Shown here in pieces: positions 38,510 through 50,001 of a stretch of 64,000 nt of DNA. The notes below the pieces were generated by a model. The model saw only the letters and a program-made list of their open reading frames with translations, had not been told where the DNA came from and did not search any database. The first letter of the stretch is position 1. The number at the start of each line of letters is the position of its first letter. Made by a program: the position numbers and the translations under genes. Source of the stretch: Moniliella sp. 'wahieum' (lineage: Eukaryota); contig RSEE01000005.1 in NCBI GenBank assembly GCA_003971905.1, positions 434,001-498,000 of the forward strand, written 5' to 3'.

Positions 38510-39706
38510 GGTGCCTGTTGGGGGGCGGAGGCGTGGAGGCGAAGATGGGAGGTGCAGTTTTTGCGTTTGCTTTTGCTTTTACTTTTGGAATTGTCAGTCT
38601 GACAAAAAATACAGCGCGGAAAAGAAAAGGAAAAGAAAAACAGCAGCGCATGGCACGTGACGTGTGATGGCCTGGTGCCTCTCATGATGTCATCGCGAAG
38701 TGTTTGTGCGACCGCAACTGCGCCCTGCTGCGCCACCGACCATCCTCACGCGGATCAAATTGAAATCCCGCGTGCATCCAAACACCCCGCCCTGTATTTG
38801 GGGTACGATACTGTACTTGAGTTCGATGCCCTACCCCCCTTGCTTCTTTCACCTGTGCGCAGACACCACCACGCTCTGATCGGGATGAACAACCCGGGGC
38901 GGTACGGGCCCAATTGTCTGGCCGAGAGCAAGATGGCGGGGGTGGATGAGCATTATACTTGGTCATACGGACTAAACCTTCAGCCTGCCCACACATTTTG
39001 TCGCGGCCAGCATCTGACGCATCAGGCATCGGGATTAAGGTCGAATATTGAGACGTGCCAACCTTCTTTGCCCACTCTACTACTACTGATCTCCCCAACA
39101 ACACCCACGGATTCAGTGTCTTGGGATCCCATTTCTCCCCCCTTCCCCACCCCCTTGTGAGGTGTGAGGGAAGCCCCCTTTGCTCCCCTTTCCCTCTTAC
39201 CATGTTGCGCGCATCCCCCCACTTTCCTCCCGACGTGGAATAAAAGCACGGAGGGACGCTTTGTCTTGGACTGGATTCGTTGCCCAAGTTGCGCAGGAAG
39301 CACTGCGAGGCGAGTATGGTTGTTGCCAGCCTGGATCCAAGCCGCGAAGAGCTGAGGGAGGGGATGGAGAGAATATAGGAGGTAAGTTGGGGGCTGCTGC
39401 ACCAGCTGGCAGAGTGTGTGGTTTGGGTCGGGGGGTAAGGGTGAACGATGGATTTTATGTCCCCCCTGTTTGGCTGGGGTTAGTTCATGTGTTTCAGTGG
39501 TTTGGTAAGGACTTGGGTGCAGTACTGTTCCCATATGCTGGGGCCCATCCGAACTCTTGCTGATGAACACATTAGTGTCAAGCAACTACGACCGGGCATA
39601 CCAATAGCAGTTTCTCTCTCTCTGGCATGCATAACGCACAGTGGATGCGACAATAGATGGCAACCGAATAAATGTCTCTCTGTACATCGCGCATTGATCT
39701 AACTAA

Positions 39707-40671
39707 CTACTTTTTCAAATTCTCACGAAGCGCATATGCATATGCATACGCACTGATCAAGATCAAGGGGAGGAGGCTGGGGTAGTACCTGTGGCGTGCT
39801 CTGCCCCGCCTTCTGTTCTGCGGTGGAGGACTGATCAGCAGATACACGTGCATTACACCGGCAAGCCATCTCCACCAGCAGCCCCTCTCGTCAGGTGGAT
39901 GATTACCCCCCAGTTGCCCCAACTCAGCCGATGGGCCTTCGCTCCCCCCCACCCCTTCCGTTCGTCGTGGCACCAACGGCGGCGGGAGCAGCCCCCACGC
40001 CTCGGAGGGGGAGCTGGTGCCACTAGGATGACAACTTGAGCTAAGGGGGGAATCGATCGCGCGCGCTTTTCCCTTTTCGTCCGACGCATCGGCCCGTTCG
40101 GTGCGCTGCTGGTGAAGACGAGTGAGGTGTTTGTGGAGCAAGTCGGGGTGGGAGAGCCAGGAGGAGGTTGGCGTGCCCGCAGGACGGGTGGGCGCCAACG
40201 CATTCGGACTCCAGCTCGGCGTCCACACTTCCAACGGTCCTTGCAGCGGCATCGTACCCGGTAAGTGTTCGTCGGGCGTGACGGGCGCCGTCATGGTACT
40301 GATTTGCAACCCGGCCTTTTCGGGGGGGAGGTGGGCCGGGGAATTGTGCCCCGAGGAGCTAGGGTGGGAGGAGGGGGGCAGCTCGTAGTACGGACCAACG
40401 GACATGACATTGATGTACGCGCCAGCGGGGCCTGTGAGGCCCCGACCGCTGTCGAGGCGTAGGCTGACGGGGGGGCGCTTGGTGCCTGAAGATGAGGGGG
40501 ACGGGGGGCGGAGGCGGAGGCGGAGACAGCGGCAGCGGCAGCGGCAGCGGTAGCGGCAGCAGAAGAAGCGGAAGCCGAGGTGGCAGCGGCGTAAGTGCTG
40601 TGCAAGGGCATCAAGCGGGGCGAGGAGGAGGCAGAGACGAGCGGGGACACTTGGGCTTCGACCATGGCCAT
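39707..40671 (-). CDS. Hypothetical low-complexity Ser/Pro/Ala-rich protein
   Basis: ATG 40671 (MAMVEAQVSPL...) joins by a frameshift to a long open frame (SLRLDSG...DEKGKARAID...). No recognisable domain; end uncertain. Confidence 0.4.
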
Positions 40672-41544
40672 GGGGACGTGGGCCGCAGCAGGCAGCCGGA
40701 GGGGGGGCAGCAGGCGATGGCGGTGGCGGCGAGCAGAACAAGCGGCTTGCCGAGCGCAGGCCGCTCCTCCCATCCGGCCCCGGGCCGCCGCTGGCCGGCC
40801 GGATCGATGGCGGCAGGGGGCGGCAGGCGGCAGCAGCGGGGCAGTGTGGATGCGCTGTCTTAGCCGAGCAGCTGGCCCGGGGGCAGCCGGGGGGCAGCCG
40901 GGCCCAGAGTGGGCGACCGCTTACCGGTGGCCGCTTATTTTCACCTACAGGTGCCTGGGGCCCCACGCGAACGCACAGCGCCAGTGTGCCGCATGCGGCG
41001 CGATGGGGGTTGGGCTGCAGCGTTCGATGTCGGCACACAGGCACTCTGCCCTGCCCGGCCCCTGGCAGCCCCTCGGCGTGGGGGAGTCGAACGAATGCGA
41101 ACGCTGGACTTGCACACTCATATACGCCAGCTCTCACATCTCAAGCGCCCACTGGAAGCTGCTCCAGCTCTCCCCCAACATCTCAGATGTGCTCAAGCGG
41201 CTGCCGTTATAACATCGCAGCTGATGCTGCCATGACATTTGTGTGTAATTTGTGTAGGACATCGCCGGGATCAAGGGAATCGCAGGGTAATAGGAAAGGA
41301 CGCCGAGAGAGGACATCAAACAGGTGAGTTCATAAACACATTGACAACCTTTTGTCGGTTGTTGGCCATAGGAGACGCAACGAAAAATGCGGCCCGCAAC
41401 AGGGTTGGTATAGGAGGACGGAGTCTCCATCGTCTGGAGGAAACTGGCCATATTAGGCCAAGGAAACAAAAAAAAACTTACTGCGCACACCGGTGTACCA
41501 GGGGCCGATGCATGTCTAGCATACAGGCGTTTCACGCATAACGT

Positions 41545-43477
41545 TTACACCCCGGAAGCGCCCTCCCTACCCACTGGATGCCTCCGGATGCTGAGACGCC
41601 TGTCGCTGTTCAGGCGTCCCTTCCCCCCCGAGGCGCCTGCGTCTCTTCGGAGGAGGTCTGTTCCTCGGACCACTCTGTTCCATCTCCTCCCCTTGTTCCT
41701 CCGTGGCAGCGGGGGCAGCACGGCAGCACGGGCAGCACGGGCAGCACGGGCAGCACGGGCACCGCGGCCACCGCGGCCACCGCGGCCACCGCGGGCAGCA
41801 GGAGCAGCGTGGGCAGCGGGAGCAGCGGGAGCAGCGGCCGCAGCGGCCGCAGAGGTGGAAGCGGCGCTTCCACGGTCCGAACCCGCACCGGTGCGGAGCG
41901 GATGTGTATGTTCTGGCGCGACAACTTGCGTGCCAAGGCCGATGTCGGTGCCTGTCCCGGAAACGTGCGTGGAGAGTAGCATCCTGCGAACCAACCCGAA
42001 GAAGACCCATTAGCCAAGCCCGCGCCGGTCCTCTCGTTCTCGCCCGATGCGAAGAGAGGGACGAGAAGAGGAGAGACAAAACAAACAAATAAAGCAGAGA
42101 AACGAAAAGGAGAGGGAAGAGGAGAGAGGAGAGGGAAAGTGGGACGTACTGAACACGGGGTGAACATGCGAGCAACAGTGAGATCGGTGCCTTCGGACGC
42201 GTGGCCATGGAGGTTGAGCATGGACAGGACGAGGAGGAGGCGGTAATTACCGGCTTCGCGCACGCTCATGTCGGGCAAAGCGAAAAAATGTCCAGTTGCT
42301 CGTCCAAATCCCGAGCGACATACGCACTGCTAATGGTGGAGCCAAGCAGATTGCGCGCATAATTGTGCCGCAGAACTTCCGGAGGCGAAGGTCGCCGCAC
42401 AGCTGGGTCGCGTCGAACGGGCGAATGCTCCCGTTGGGCCCGCATTCCATCCGGACGCGCCACGTAGAACGCTGGTGATCGATTATGCTGGATTAGATCT
42501 TCCGCGCGCCGGTTCATCTCCTCATTCGTCGGACGGCCAGGGACTACGGGCCCTGCACCGGCATCGGCACCGGCTTGCTGCCCGCCTTCGTCCTGAGCAA
42601 CAGGCCGAGCAGGCGGAATGGGTGGCTCATCAGGGCCAAGGAACACGCCAGGTGGGGGCGGGGGTACAACGGGTTGGTACCAGGGCAAAATCGGGGCGCC
42701 GCCATGGAACTGGAGGTGAAGGCCACGATCGGGCAGGGGAAGGTGGCCCTGGCCAGGCAGATGAGGGTTGGGGGTAACTCCGCTGTCGGGACCCGCCGAG
42801 TCCAAGTTGAGCAACATGCTGGATATTTGTGTCTCGGCATCGATCAACTGGGCAGGAGAGTGAGGAAAGAGGAGTCAAAGGTACTGTGGTGAAACGCCAA
42901 ACAAAATACGAGTCAGCTTTTGATACAGGTTTTTTTGATGTGTAGCGCCCCCCGCCTCAAAACTTGTGGGAAGAGGAAAGGACGAACTCAGGATTGATCG
43001 GCTCATTCGTCTCGGCATCGAAGACTCGTAGGCGGACAATAGTAGCTGGGTCAAGGGGCGCCGGTCCTGAAAAACGAAGCAAACAGGGACGAGAGGACAG
43101 GTGCGTTAGTATATTTTGGTCGAGAGGCGCATGACAGGTTTTCCTCTGGGGAGTAGGGAGCAAACAGAAATAAGCTTACCCTGTCACCAAATGCGACGGT
43201 CCGACCCCGGTCTGGCCCTTGCTCGAGAATCATCTCGTAGTTGCTGTCAAGTAACACACAATACGCAACGACAATAGTCAGCACCGGCACCAAAACAGCG
43301 CTAAAACGGGAGAAAGAGAGAGAGAGGAACAAGCTGCCTACAAGTCTTGGTATGTCCCAATGGCATATCCCTCTTCTATGCCCTCTGCCCGGGCCATCAA
43401 GCAACCGGAAGCTCCGGAGGGCCCTGGGGCGGGTCGGGGCCGGGGGCGGGCGGGGATGCAGAGGGGCGGTTTGCCAT
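41545..43477 (-). CDS. Velvet-domain transcription regulator (VelB-like, velvet domain split by an insertion)
   Basis: N-half YEMILEQGPDRGRTVAFGDR / DRRPLDPATIVRL; C-half YARNLLGSTISSAY...IFF.FPDMSVREAGNYRL. These resemble the velvet consensus motifs Q.P..AR..GFG..DRRP.DPPPI..L and RNL.G....SA...FFVF.DLSVR.EG.FRL. Several introns between ~42.0 and 43.35 kb. Confidence 0.82.
41713..41852. repeat. Compound 9-bp tandem repeats in the velvet 3' coding region
   Basis: (GGGCAGCAC)x~5, (CACCGCGGC)x3, then GCAGCGGGA/GCAGCGGCC variants. Confidence 0.8.
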
Positions 43478-45278
43478 ATCGACGGTGGTATTAAACGGTA
43501 GGCACCTGTAGCGCGGGGGGGGCAGCTCTGGGATCGAATAGGGGTGGGGCACTTGACGGGCGGTGGGGAGGGGGAGAAACGGGACTGGGGGCTGGGGGGG
43601 GAGGAGGGTGCGAGGGCTACACGGCTTTTATTCTTTATCGTTCGTCGCCGCGCCAGGCGGGCGGGGTGTGAAAGGGCAGGGGTGCGGTGGTGGGGGGGTG
43701 GGGGTGGAGAGGAGGCGCGGGCGGGAGGCGCGAGACGGGGAGCGCTGGGGAGAGCACAGCCTGCAAAGGCCTGCGCGGGGGGGCAGCGGTGGGGATGTGG
43801 AGGGCGACCCAGAGCACCGGTAAGACCGTGGCGGCCACCAAGCGCTGGCATTTTGCTGCGGCGTCGGCGTCTCTGCGGCGCGTGTGCGGTCTGGCGCCCT
43901 GCCCCCCTCGCCCCGCCAATGGGGGCATGCCGCCAGACGCCGACAAGCAGCTCCCACCCGCTCCCTTGGCGCCTGCGCCTATGCCACCCGTATAACACTC
44001 GATGCTCCTTGGTCCTTGCGCCCCGGCGCATGCCCGACGGGGGGCGGTGCAGTGTACAAAATAGCATCACAGCGTCACACCACAAGAAGCAGGCTGCTCC
44101 AAGCAGCGAATAGCACACCTACTAACACGCAACGCTTCTGTCCCATTGTGTGGCGCCCCCCCCACCTCCGTGCTTTTCCTGGCTGTATATAGAGCCTACG
44201 AGGAGGTGCTATCAGATGATATTCTTATAGTGCCTTCGCAGCCTTCGCTTGCTTCGTCTGCTTCGCTCTGTCAACATCTATGCCAGTGCGATGAGGCCTA
44301 GACAGGAGGGGGTTACCAAAACAGGGTCAACCAACACAGTCAGCATCCTCGATCAGTGGGGATCCTTTTCCTCGCCTTCCATTCTCGTCCCTTCCCGCCT
44401 TTCCTGCCCAACTCCTGACCGTTTCGCGTCAATTGATTCAGTACAAACAACCCCTCGTCTCCACTTAGCTGCCTCTCCTCTTCATCTTTTCCAAGTCCCC
44501 GTAGGATGGCCGGCATGAACTAACACACTCATCCACCCTATAATCGAGCTCAAACGCTATATCTTTGGAGGATCCGAACGGAGCTAGGGGCAGGGCAGAG
44601 ACGCGTCGGGTGTGGTCGTTTCCGTCTTGCAAATGAATAAGCATTGCGGGGGCAGCCGGCAGCCTTGTGGCCAGGGCGACGGCAGTGGCGGCACGACTCT
44701 CGGCGTGGATTGAAGGGACACTGTGCGCGAGTGAGGTCGTTGGTGCGGCAATGAGGACACCACCAGTGAGCACGGGTAGGGGCATTATACGGTAGTGGAG
44801 GGACACGTCGAGACGCGACTCCGTCATATGCCCGATAGAGATCGTTGGCGTAGCCAGCCCCACCCACCCGTCACGTGCAGGTCGGCGAGCAATAGGGTTG
44901 TTGGCGGATTCGTGTGCACCCTCCGTTATAGAAGTAGCTTTTCGCTGGCAGGCCAGCTCCCCGCCCGAGTCTCTTTCAGTGGGGACCAGCGGCACAAAGC
45001 TCCTTTTGCGCATGTCTGGCCAGCACGCCGCCATGAAAGTTGTGCGGCGTGTATACCTATCGCTCTACTCAACACCACTTCTCGCACGCATGTTGTAGAA
45101 GAAAAAAAGGCATGGATCCATATCACCGGCACAGCACGCATGCACGTGCAGCAGGATCATGCAGATCATGAGATCTCTGACAGACAAGAAACAAGAAGGC
45201 GGGGGCAACCGAGTGCCTTTTCCCTAGCAACAGAAAGAAAGAAAATCAGACATGGGACACCACACCAACAGGTGCGGT

Positions 45279-46934
45279 TTACCAAGTGCGCGTCTCGAGG
45301 AGCAAGTCGCTCTCGGGGGCGAGGCCAATGCACGCACGGAGGAAGTTGGTCACGGCGGCACGCTGGCGCGCCAGCGAGTTGACCACGTCCGTACCGGGCT
45401 TGACCAGCGGCGCCTTGAGCGAGTACGACAAGAGCGACAGCACCGAGTACAGGTCCTGGAACTGCGCCGCATCCTCCCCGCCTTCGGCATAGGTGATGCG
45501 CGTGCTCAGCTCAGCCAAGATGGCCAGGTCAATCAGCAAGGGAGAGGCCAACAGCGAGTCTTCGCAAATGTTGGTAATGTACAAGTGGTTCCGTCCACCC
45601 AGCATCAACTCCGAAGTGTAGTCGTCCATGGCCACCTTGTCATCGCCCACGGCGGGAATGTACTTGATCACAATCGAGTGGTCCGGCGATTCGCCCTTGA
45701 CGCCCGCCTTCTCCGAAGGCTTGTACAGCAGGTGGTTCGCCGCCGTGCAGTCATCCACAACAGACGACTTGCTGATCTCCTTGGAGCGGAACTGGCGCGC
45801 AGACGAAAGGTTGTAGCCATCATTGTTGCCCAAGTGGTTGTAAGAAACCACAGCGCGCGGCTTGATGCCCGCGTTGGTCAGGTAGTCAAACAGCACACTC
45901 TTGACCTTGGTCTGGCCCGTCTTGAGGTCATCACCCGCAATAAACGAGCGGTGGCGTTCAGCCAACTGGATCGCACCGGGAACAAACGTGTTCTGCGGCG
46001 CTCCATTGACGTACGGCACGCCTTCCAGGATGGAGGCAACGGCAAAGATGGTCGAGGGCGACACTTCGTTGTGCGACGTTTCAATCGAGTGGAGCAGCGC
46101 GTCGGCCGTGTCGTTGACACCGGGAATAATGTCCGAGTAGCGCTCCGTGTTGGCGGTCCAGACGACAATCACCTGGTCCAGCCCATTGGCCGCCTTGAAC
46201 TGACGAATGTCGTTACGGATGTGCTCCACGTGCGCCTTCTTGTCCGAGCCGGGAATCACATTGTCCGCCCGCGCCTCCTGGTTGGCGGCGATAAAGTCAG
46301 GGTAGTAGACCGACGGCAGCGGCTTCTGGCTCGTCATGTAGGGTGCCACCTGGCGCTGCAGGTCCCATTCCAGCACCTTGGCCCGGTGCATCGAATCGGC
46401 CAGGTTGACCGACGAAATGTCCCAGCCACCCACGACAAAGTCGTTAGGGTGCACCATGGGCAGCATGGACGAAAACGGCACATTCACATCCTTGCCAGCC
46501 TCGTCCGTGCCCAACCGAATGGTGGAGGCACGAACCAGAGAGCCGTAATAGTTGGGGTACTGCACGCCCTCCTTGGTGCGGAAAGCAAGGTTGTGCTTGT
46601 TGGCCAAGATGGCGGCAGTGATGGTAGTACCATTGTTGCCACCCCATCCAATCAACATGAGGCCAGTCTTGGGCACCTTGCGCTCGGTGCGGAACTGGTA
46701 GGTGGCCTGGGCAGGCGTGGCCTTGAGGGTCGTCTTGCCATCGGCCGAGACCGACTTGTTGACATGGGTGGTGAGGTACTGGTACTTGGACGTAATGTGG
46801 GCATCCGTGTACTTGACGTTGGGCGAATCGACCTCGATCGACTCCACCTCCTCGTGGCGCGCAGCGGTGGGATCGATAACCGCCGGCTCGGGAGCCGGCA
46901 GAGTAGAAGGGGCAGAAGTAGCAATGGGGGCCAT
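45279..46934 (-). CDS. INO1: Myo-inositol-1-phosphate synthase
   Basis: Intact, intronless CDS with GWGGNNGTT, NYYGS, VWTANTERY, NGAPQNTFVPG, GDDLKTGQTK, SYNHLGNNDG, FRSKEISKSSVVDD, CEDSLLASPL. Confidence 0.98.
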   Translation of the reverse strand: MAPIATSAPSTLPAPEPAVIDPTAARHEEVESIEVDSPNVKYTDAHITSKYQYLTTHVNKSVSADGKTTLKATPAQATYQFRTERKVPKTGLMLIGWGGNNGTTITAAILANKHNLAFRTKEGVQYPNYYGSLVRASTIRLGTDEAGKDVNVPFSSMLPMVHPNDFVVGGWDISSVNLADSMHRAKVLEWDLQRQVAPYMTSQKPLPSVYYPDFIAANQEARADNVIPGSDKKAHVEHIRNDIRQFKAANGLDQVIVVWTANTERYSDIIPGVNDTADALLHSIETSHNEVSPSTIFAVASILEGVPYVNGAPQNTFVPGAIQLAERHRSFIAGDDLKTGQTKVKSVLFDYLTNAGIKPRAVVSYNHLGNNDGYNLSSARQFRSKEISKSSVVDDCTAANHLLYKPSEKAGVKGESPDHSIVIKYIPAVGDDKVAMDDYTSELMLGGRNHLYITNICEDSLLASPLLIDLAILAELSTRITYAEGGEDAAQFQDLYSVLSLLSYSLKAPLVKPGTDVVNSLARQRAAVTNFLRACIGLAPESDLLLETRTW

Positions 46935-47036
46935 TGGAACTAAGTGGAAAATCAAACTGGAAGAGTGGGAAGGGGGTGGGCGTTTAGTGTGCTAAAGGCG
47001 AAGGGCAGGTGTGCTTGCTGCCCCGGTGAGAGTTAT

Positions 47037-47116
47037 CTGGAAACGACAACCAGTTAGCATGGCATGCGGGGGGACGAGGCGAAGACGAAAAGGAGAGGCA
47101 GGAGACGAAAACGTAC
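47037..47116 (-). other. Probable 5'UTR intron of INO1
   Basis: Minus strand GTACGT donor (47116), GCTAAC branch point and TTTCCAG acceptor (47037), lying between the TATA box and the INO1 ATG. Confidence 0.6.
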
Positions 47117-47325
47117 GGCAACTGCACAGTTGGTTGGAGAAAATGGTGGGCGATCCGGCAGGGGAGGGAACCACTTGGTAGACAGTGGATCCGATCCAGA
47201 AATCGGCTGGGGTTGGGGGTGGGTGAGGAGGGTGGGCAAGAAGGCGTCGACGGGCGGATGAGGCGGGCCGAAGCGGGTGCGGTGGGGGTGGGGGAAAAGG
47301 TCGCAAGGGAGGCTATCTGTGCTGC

Positions 47326-47332
47326 TTATATA
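47326..47332 (-). promoter_or_regulatory. TATA box of INO1
   Basis: TATATAA on the minus strand ~400 nt upstream of the INO1 ATG, followed by a pyrimidine-rich tract. Confidence 0.55.
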
Positions 47333-48387
47333 CACGCCAGCTGCGTTGGTCGTCGAAGCCAGATGGCAGCGACAGGGCGGGACACTGGCGCCGTGGCGGT
47401 GCTGGGCCGGCGGGTAACCGGGAGGCGGGACTCATCGTCCCAGCAGAGCGAGGGCCACACGGCGCCGGTGCCGGCTGCGGACACATCGCCACTGGCGCCG
47501 TGCTGAGGGGGCTTGCGTGCTGCTGCGCCGGCGGGCAGCGCGGAGGCACGGGCTGAGCCAGTGCGCAGCTGCGTCCAGCGCTGGGCTGGGGGGCTGCGCG
47601 CACTGAGCGTTAATTAGCGCTGAGCTGGATGTGGATGGGTTAGTCAGGCTTGTCTGCTGGCGCAGGCGGGCGTCTCCTGCCCCGCCTGCCCATCCACTTC
47701 TCCTGCCTTAGGTAAGGGCCTCGCCCACCCGATTGTGCCCGTGCCACCCCATGGGTTATGGGCTCCCGGCTCCCGTTACCGGCTATGCATGGTGCATGAT
47801 GCAGGAGGCCGCGGGGCAGCCCGGAGGCAATCTGGCCGCGGCTGGGCACTGCTGCCGTGCGACGGCATGGCTGCTGAGGTCAGCGCAGCCACGCGCATTC
47901 AGCATTCAACTCAACCGCATTGCACCGGCTGCTTGGCTATCGATTAACCCTTGGGACTACCTGGACGGCTGCGTGCCTTGCGTGCTCCCAACCGCGCGTC
48001 TTCACACATCATGCATCATCCACCGTCGATCAGCCATCACATCTCACATCTCTGACCGCCAGCTCCATCACTTCTCAGATCCACCCTTCCCCACCTATTC
48101 GGAGCGCCTGGCCATCAGCACGTCCATCTCCGCGCCGCTTCCCGTGTCGCTTCCGCGTCGCTCCAACAACGGCACAACGAAGGCATCCCGTCTGGAGGCT
48201 GGAGCCAGGACAGTTCACACCAGACAGGGCTATCGGATCGGGCGGGGCCGCAATCGATGATGGATCGAGTATGAATCTGAATCTGAATCCGAATGAATGC
48301 TCGCTCCACCGCCTAGGCGAGACAGTAGGTTCGCGCGGCCAGGTCCTGCCAGTAGTCCAGTCGGACGCGCGTCGCTGCCATATCCAC

Positions 48388-49713
48388 TCAAGCGTACCAC
48401 TTGCCCTTTTCCAGGGTCGCCTTCGTCTGCTTGCGGTGGGGATGACACACTGCGTGATGCCAAACTTGTCAATGATGGCCTGCAGCCCCCGAAACAAAAG
48501 AAGGAGCAACGTCAAGAGTAGTCAGTACCGCAGTCGTCCACTGGCCTGCCCCTAACAATCAGAACGTAGAACATACGCGCCAAGTGGGTGGGTCGAGCTC
48601 GAGGATGATTTGCTGACGGGTGAGGCCTTCCGCGTAGTCCTCCTCGCCAGCGGGAGAGCATCCCAACAACCTAGGTTGGTCCGACGTGTTTCCCTCATCG
48701 CCAGGCATGATGTATGCACACCGTCCGTCGCGGACCAAGAACGAATATAAAACAAGTTTTCCACCGTATTGCCAAAGCTGGTCGGGTCAAACGCAAACTC
48801 AAACATGTTGACGCCTTCCTCGCCATAGTCATCGAGCAGGCGATTGATCTCCATGATCATATCCGAGGTATTGTTCGCGTCTTTTTGAATGTCGTTCGAT
48901 GCCAACTAATAGTACACACGTCAACACAACTGCCCTTTCTCATCCAACAGGTCAGAACCAAAAGGGGTACGCACCTCTGCTGGCTTTTCAGCTTTTTCCG
49001 CCCGATCAATCTCTCGCCTCCGGTGCGTCACGTGGCGCTTCTTGTGTTCCGTCTTGAGCGGGCCGAGGCTACAGGAGCAGAGTCAGTCAGTGATACCGCA
49101 CCCGCGCGCATGGGAAACCCAACCACAGTGCATCCATCGCTGGTGCTCGACGAGAGTACTTCATCGCTGTTCGTCCCAGCTTGTCCCAGTCCCAGTCCGC
49201 ATTGGTCGCTTGCCCCTCATCCCTATCCAAGCCAGCGAGGGTAGCACGCGCCGCCGCCTGGCTGCCTCCAACAAAGCGAATTGTCTTATCCAAAAAGACA
49301 TCAATGTTGAACCCCGACTCGCGCTTGAGCGAATCGGCCAAGGCACGGCCGTTTGGGCAACCGACACGAGGACACGCGAATCGAGCACACCTTCGGACGG
49401 AGCTTTGACATTCGAGTACAGGTCGTTGGACTTGGCCAGGAGCACCGAGAGCGCGTTGAAATCTGCAGACTGAGCTTCGTTGCGCGTGCCTGAAGAAATT
49501 GGTTCCAAGGAGCGAGGGGAGATGGTTAGGTGGGCTGGAAAGGGTCGTGTACGTGCGGGCATGGGGGGGGGGCGTACTTTCCGCCTGTTCGAGCAGACTG
49601 CGGTAGCCAGCGCGAATGGCACGCTTCTCCTCCAGCGCTTGGTTGGGGTCGTATGTGGATGATGGGGGACGGCCCGAGGCCTGGGACGGGTCGGCCTGTG
49701 TTCGCGGGACCAT
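48388..49713 (-). CDS. NSE4: Smc5/6 kleisin subunit Nse4
   Basis: YDPNQALEEKRAIRAGYRSL, LYSNVKAPSEGVLDSRVLV, FNIDVFL, DWDKLGR, VNMFEFAFDPTSFGNTVENLFYI.FLVRDG, C-terminal KGKWYA*. Three probable introns; frameshifts. Confidence 0.88.
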
Positions 49714-50001
49714 GGCGAGTGGCGCGGGGAGGGGCGGGGCAGTGGTGGCGACGCAGCCGACACGACGCGACGCGCTCGACGCCGTCAAAAGAACACGCTG
49801 GCCGCCGGGAGCGCCTGGTGCATTACCTAAGCATACTGGCCATTTCCTCCTCTTCTTCTCCCTTCGCACCGACGACACACCGGCCCAGTCCAGTCCATCC
49901 GGCGCAGGCCAGCGCAGCCCGTGCGAGCAGCGCCACCAGCACCCGCACCCGCACCACGCGCATCACCCCTCGCCAGCACCGCCCCCGCTGACGCTGCTTC
50001 C

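Noticed and set aside
39560..39585. LDTNVFI, resembling a PIN-domain start
   Set aside because: Preceded immediately by a stop, no further PIN acidic motifs follow, and the segment looks like an intron.
41713..41852. CRISPR-like array
   Set aside because: Contiguous 9-bp repeats without spacers, in a eukaryotic coding region.
44465..45034. 189-aa minus-strand ORF between the velvet gene and INO1
   Set aside because: No recognisable domain or clear coding bias; cannot be supported as a gene.
45252..46943. 563-aa ORF antisense to INO1
   Set aside because: Shadow ORF expected from GC3-biased codon usage of the sense gene; no recognisable motifs.
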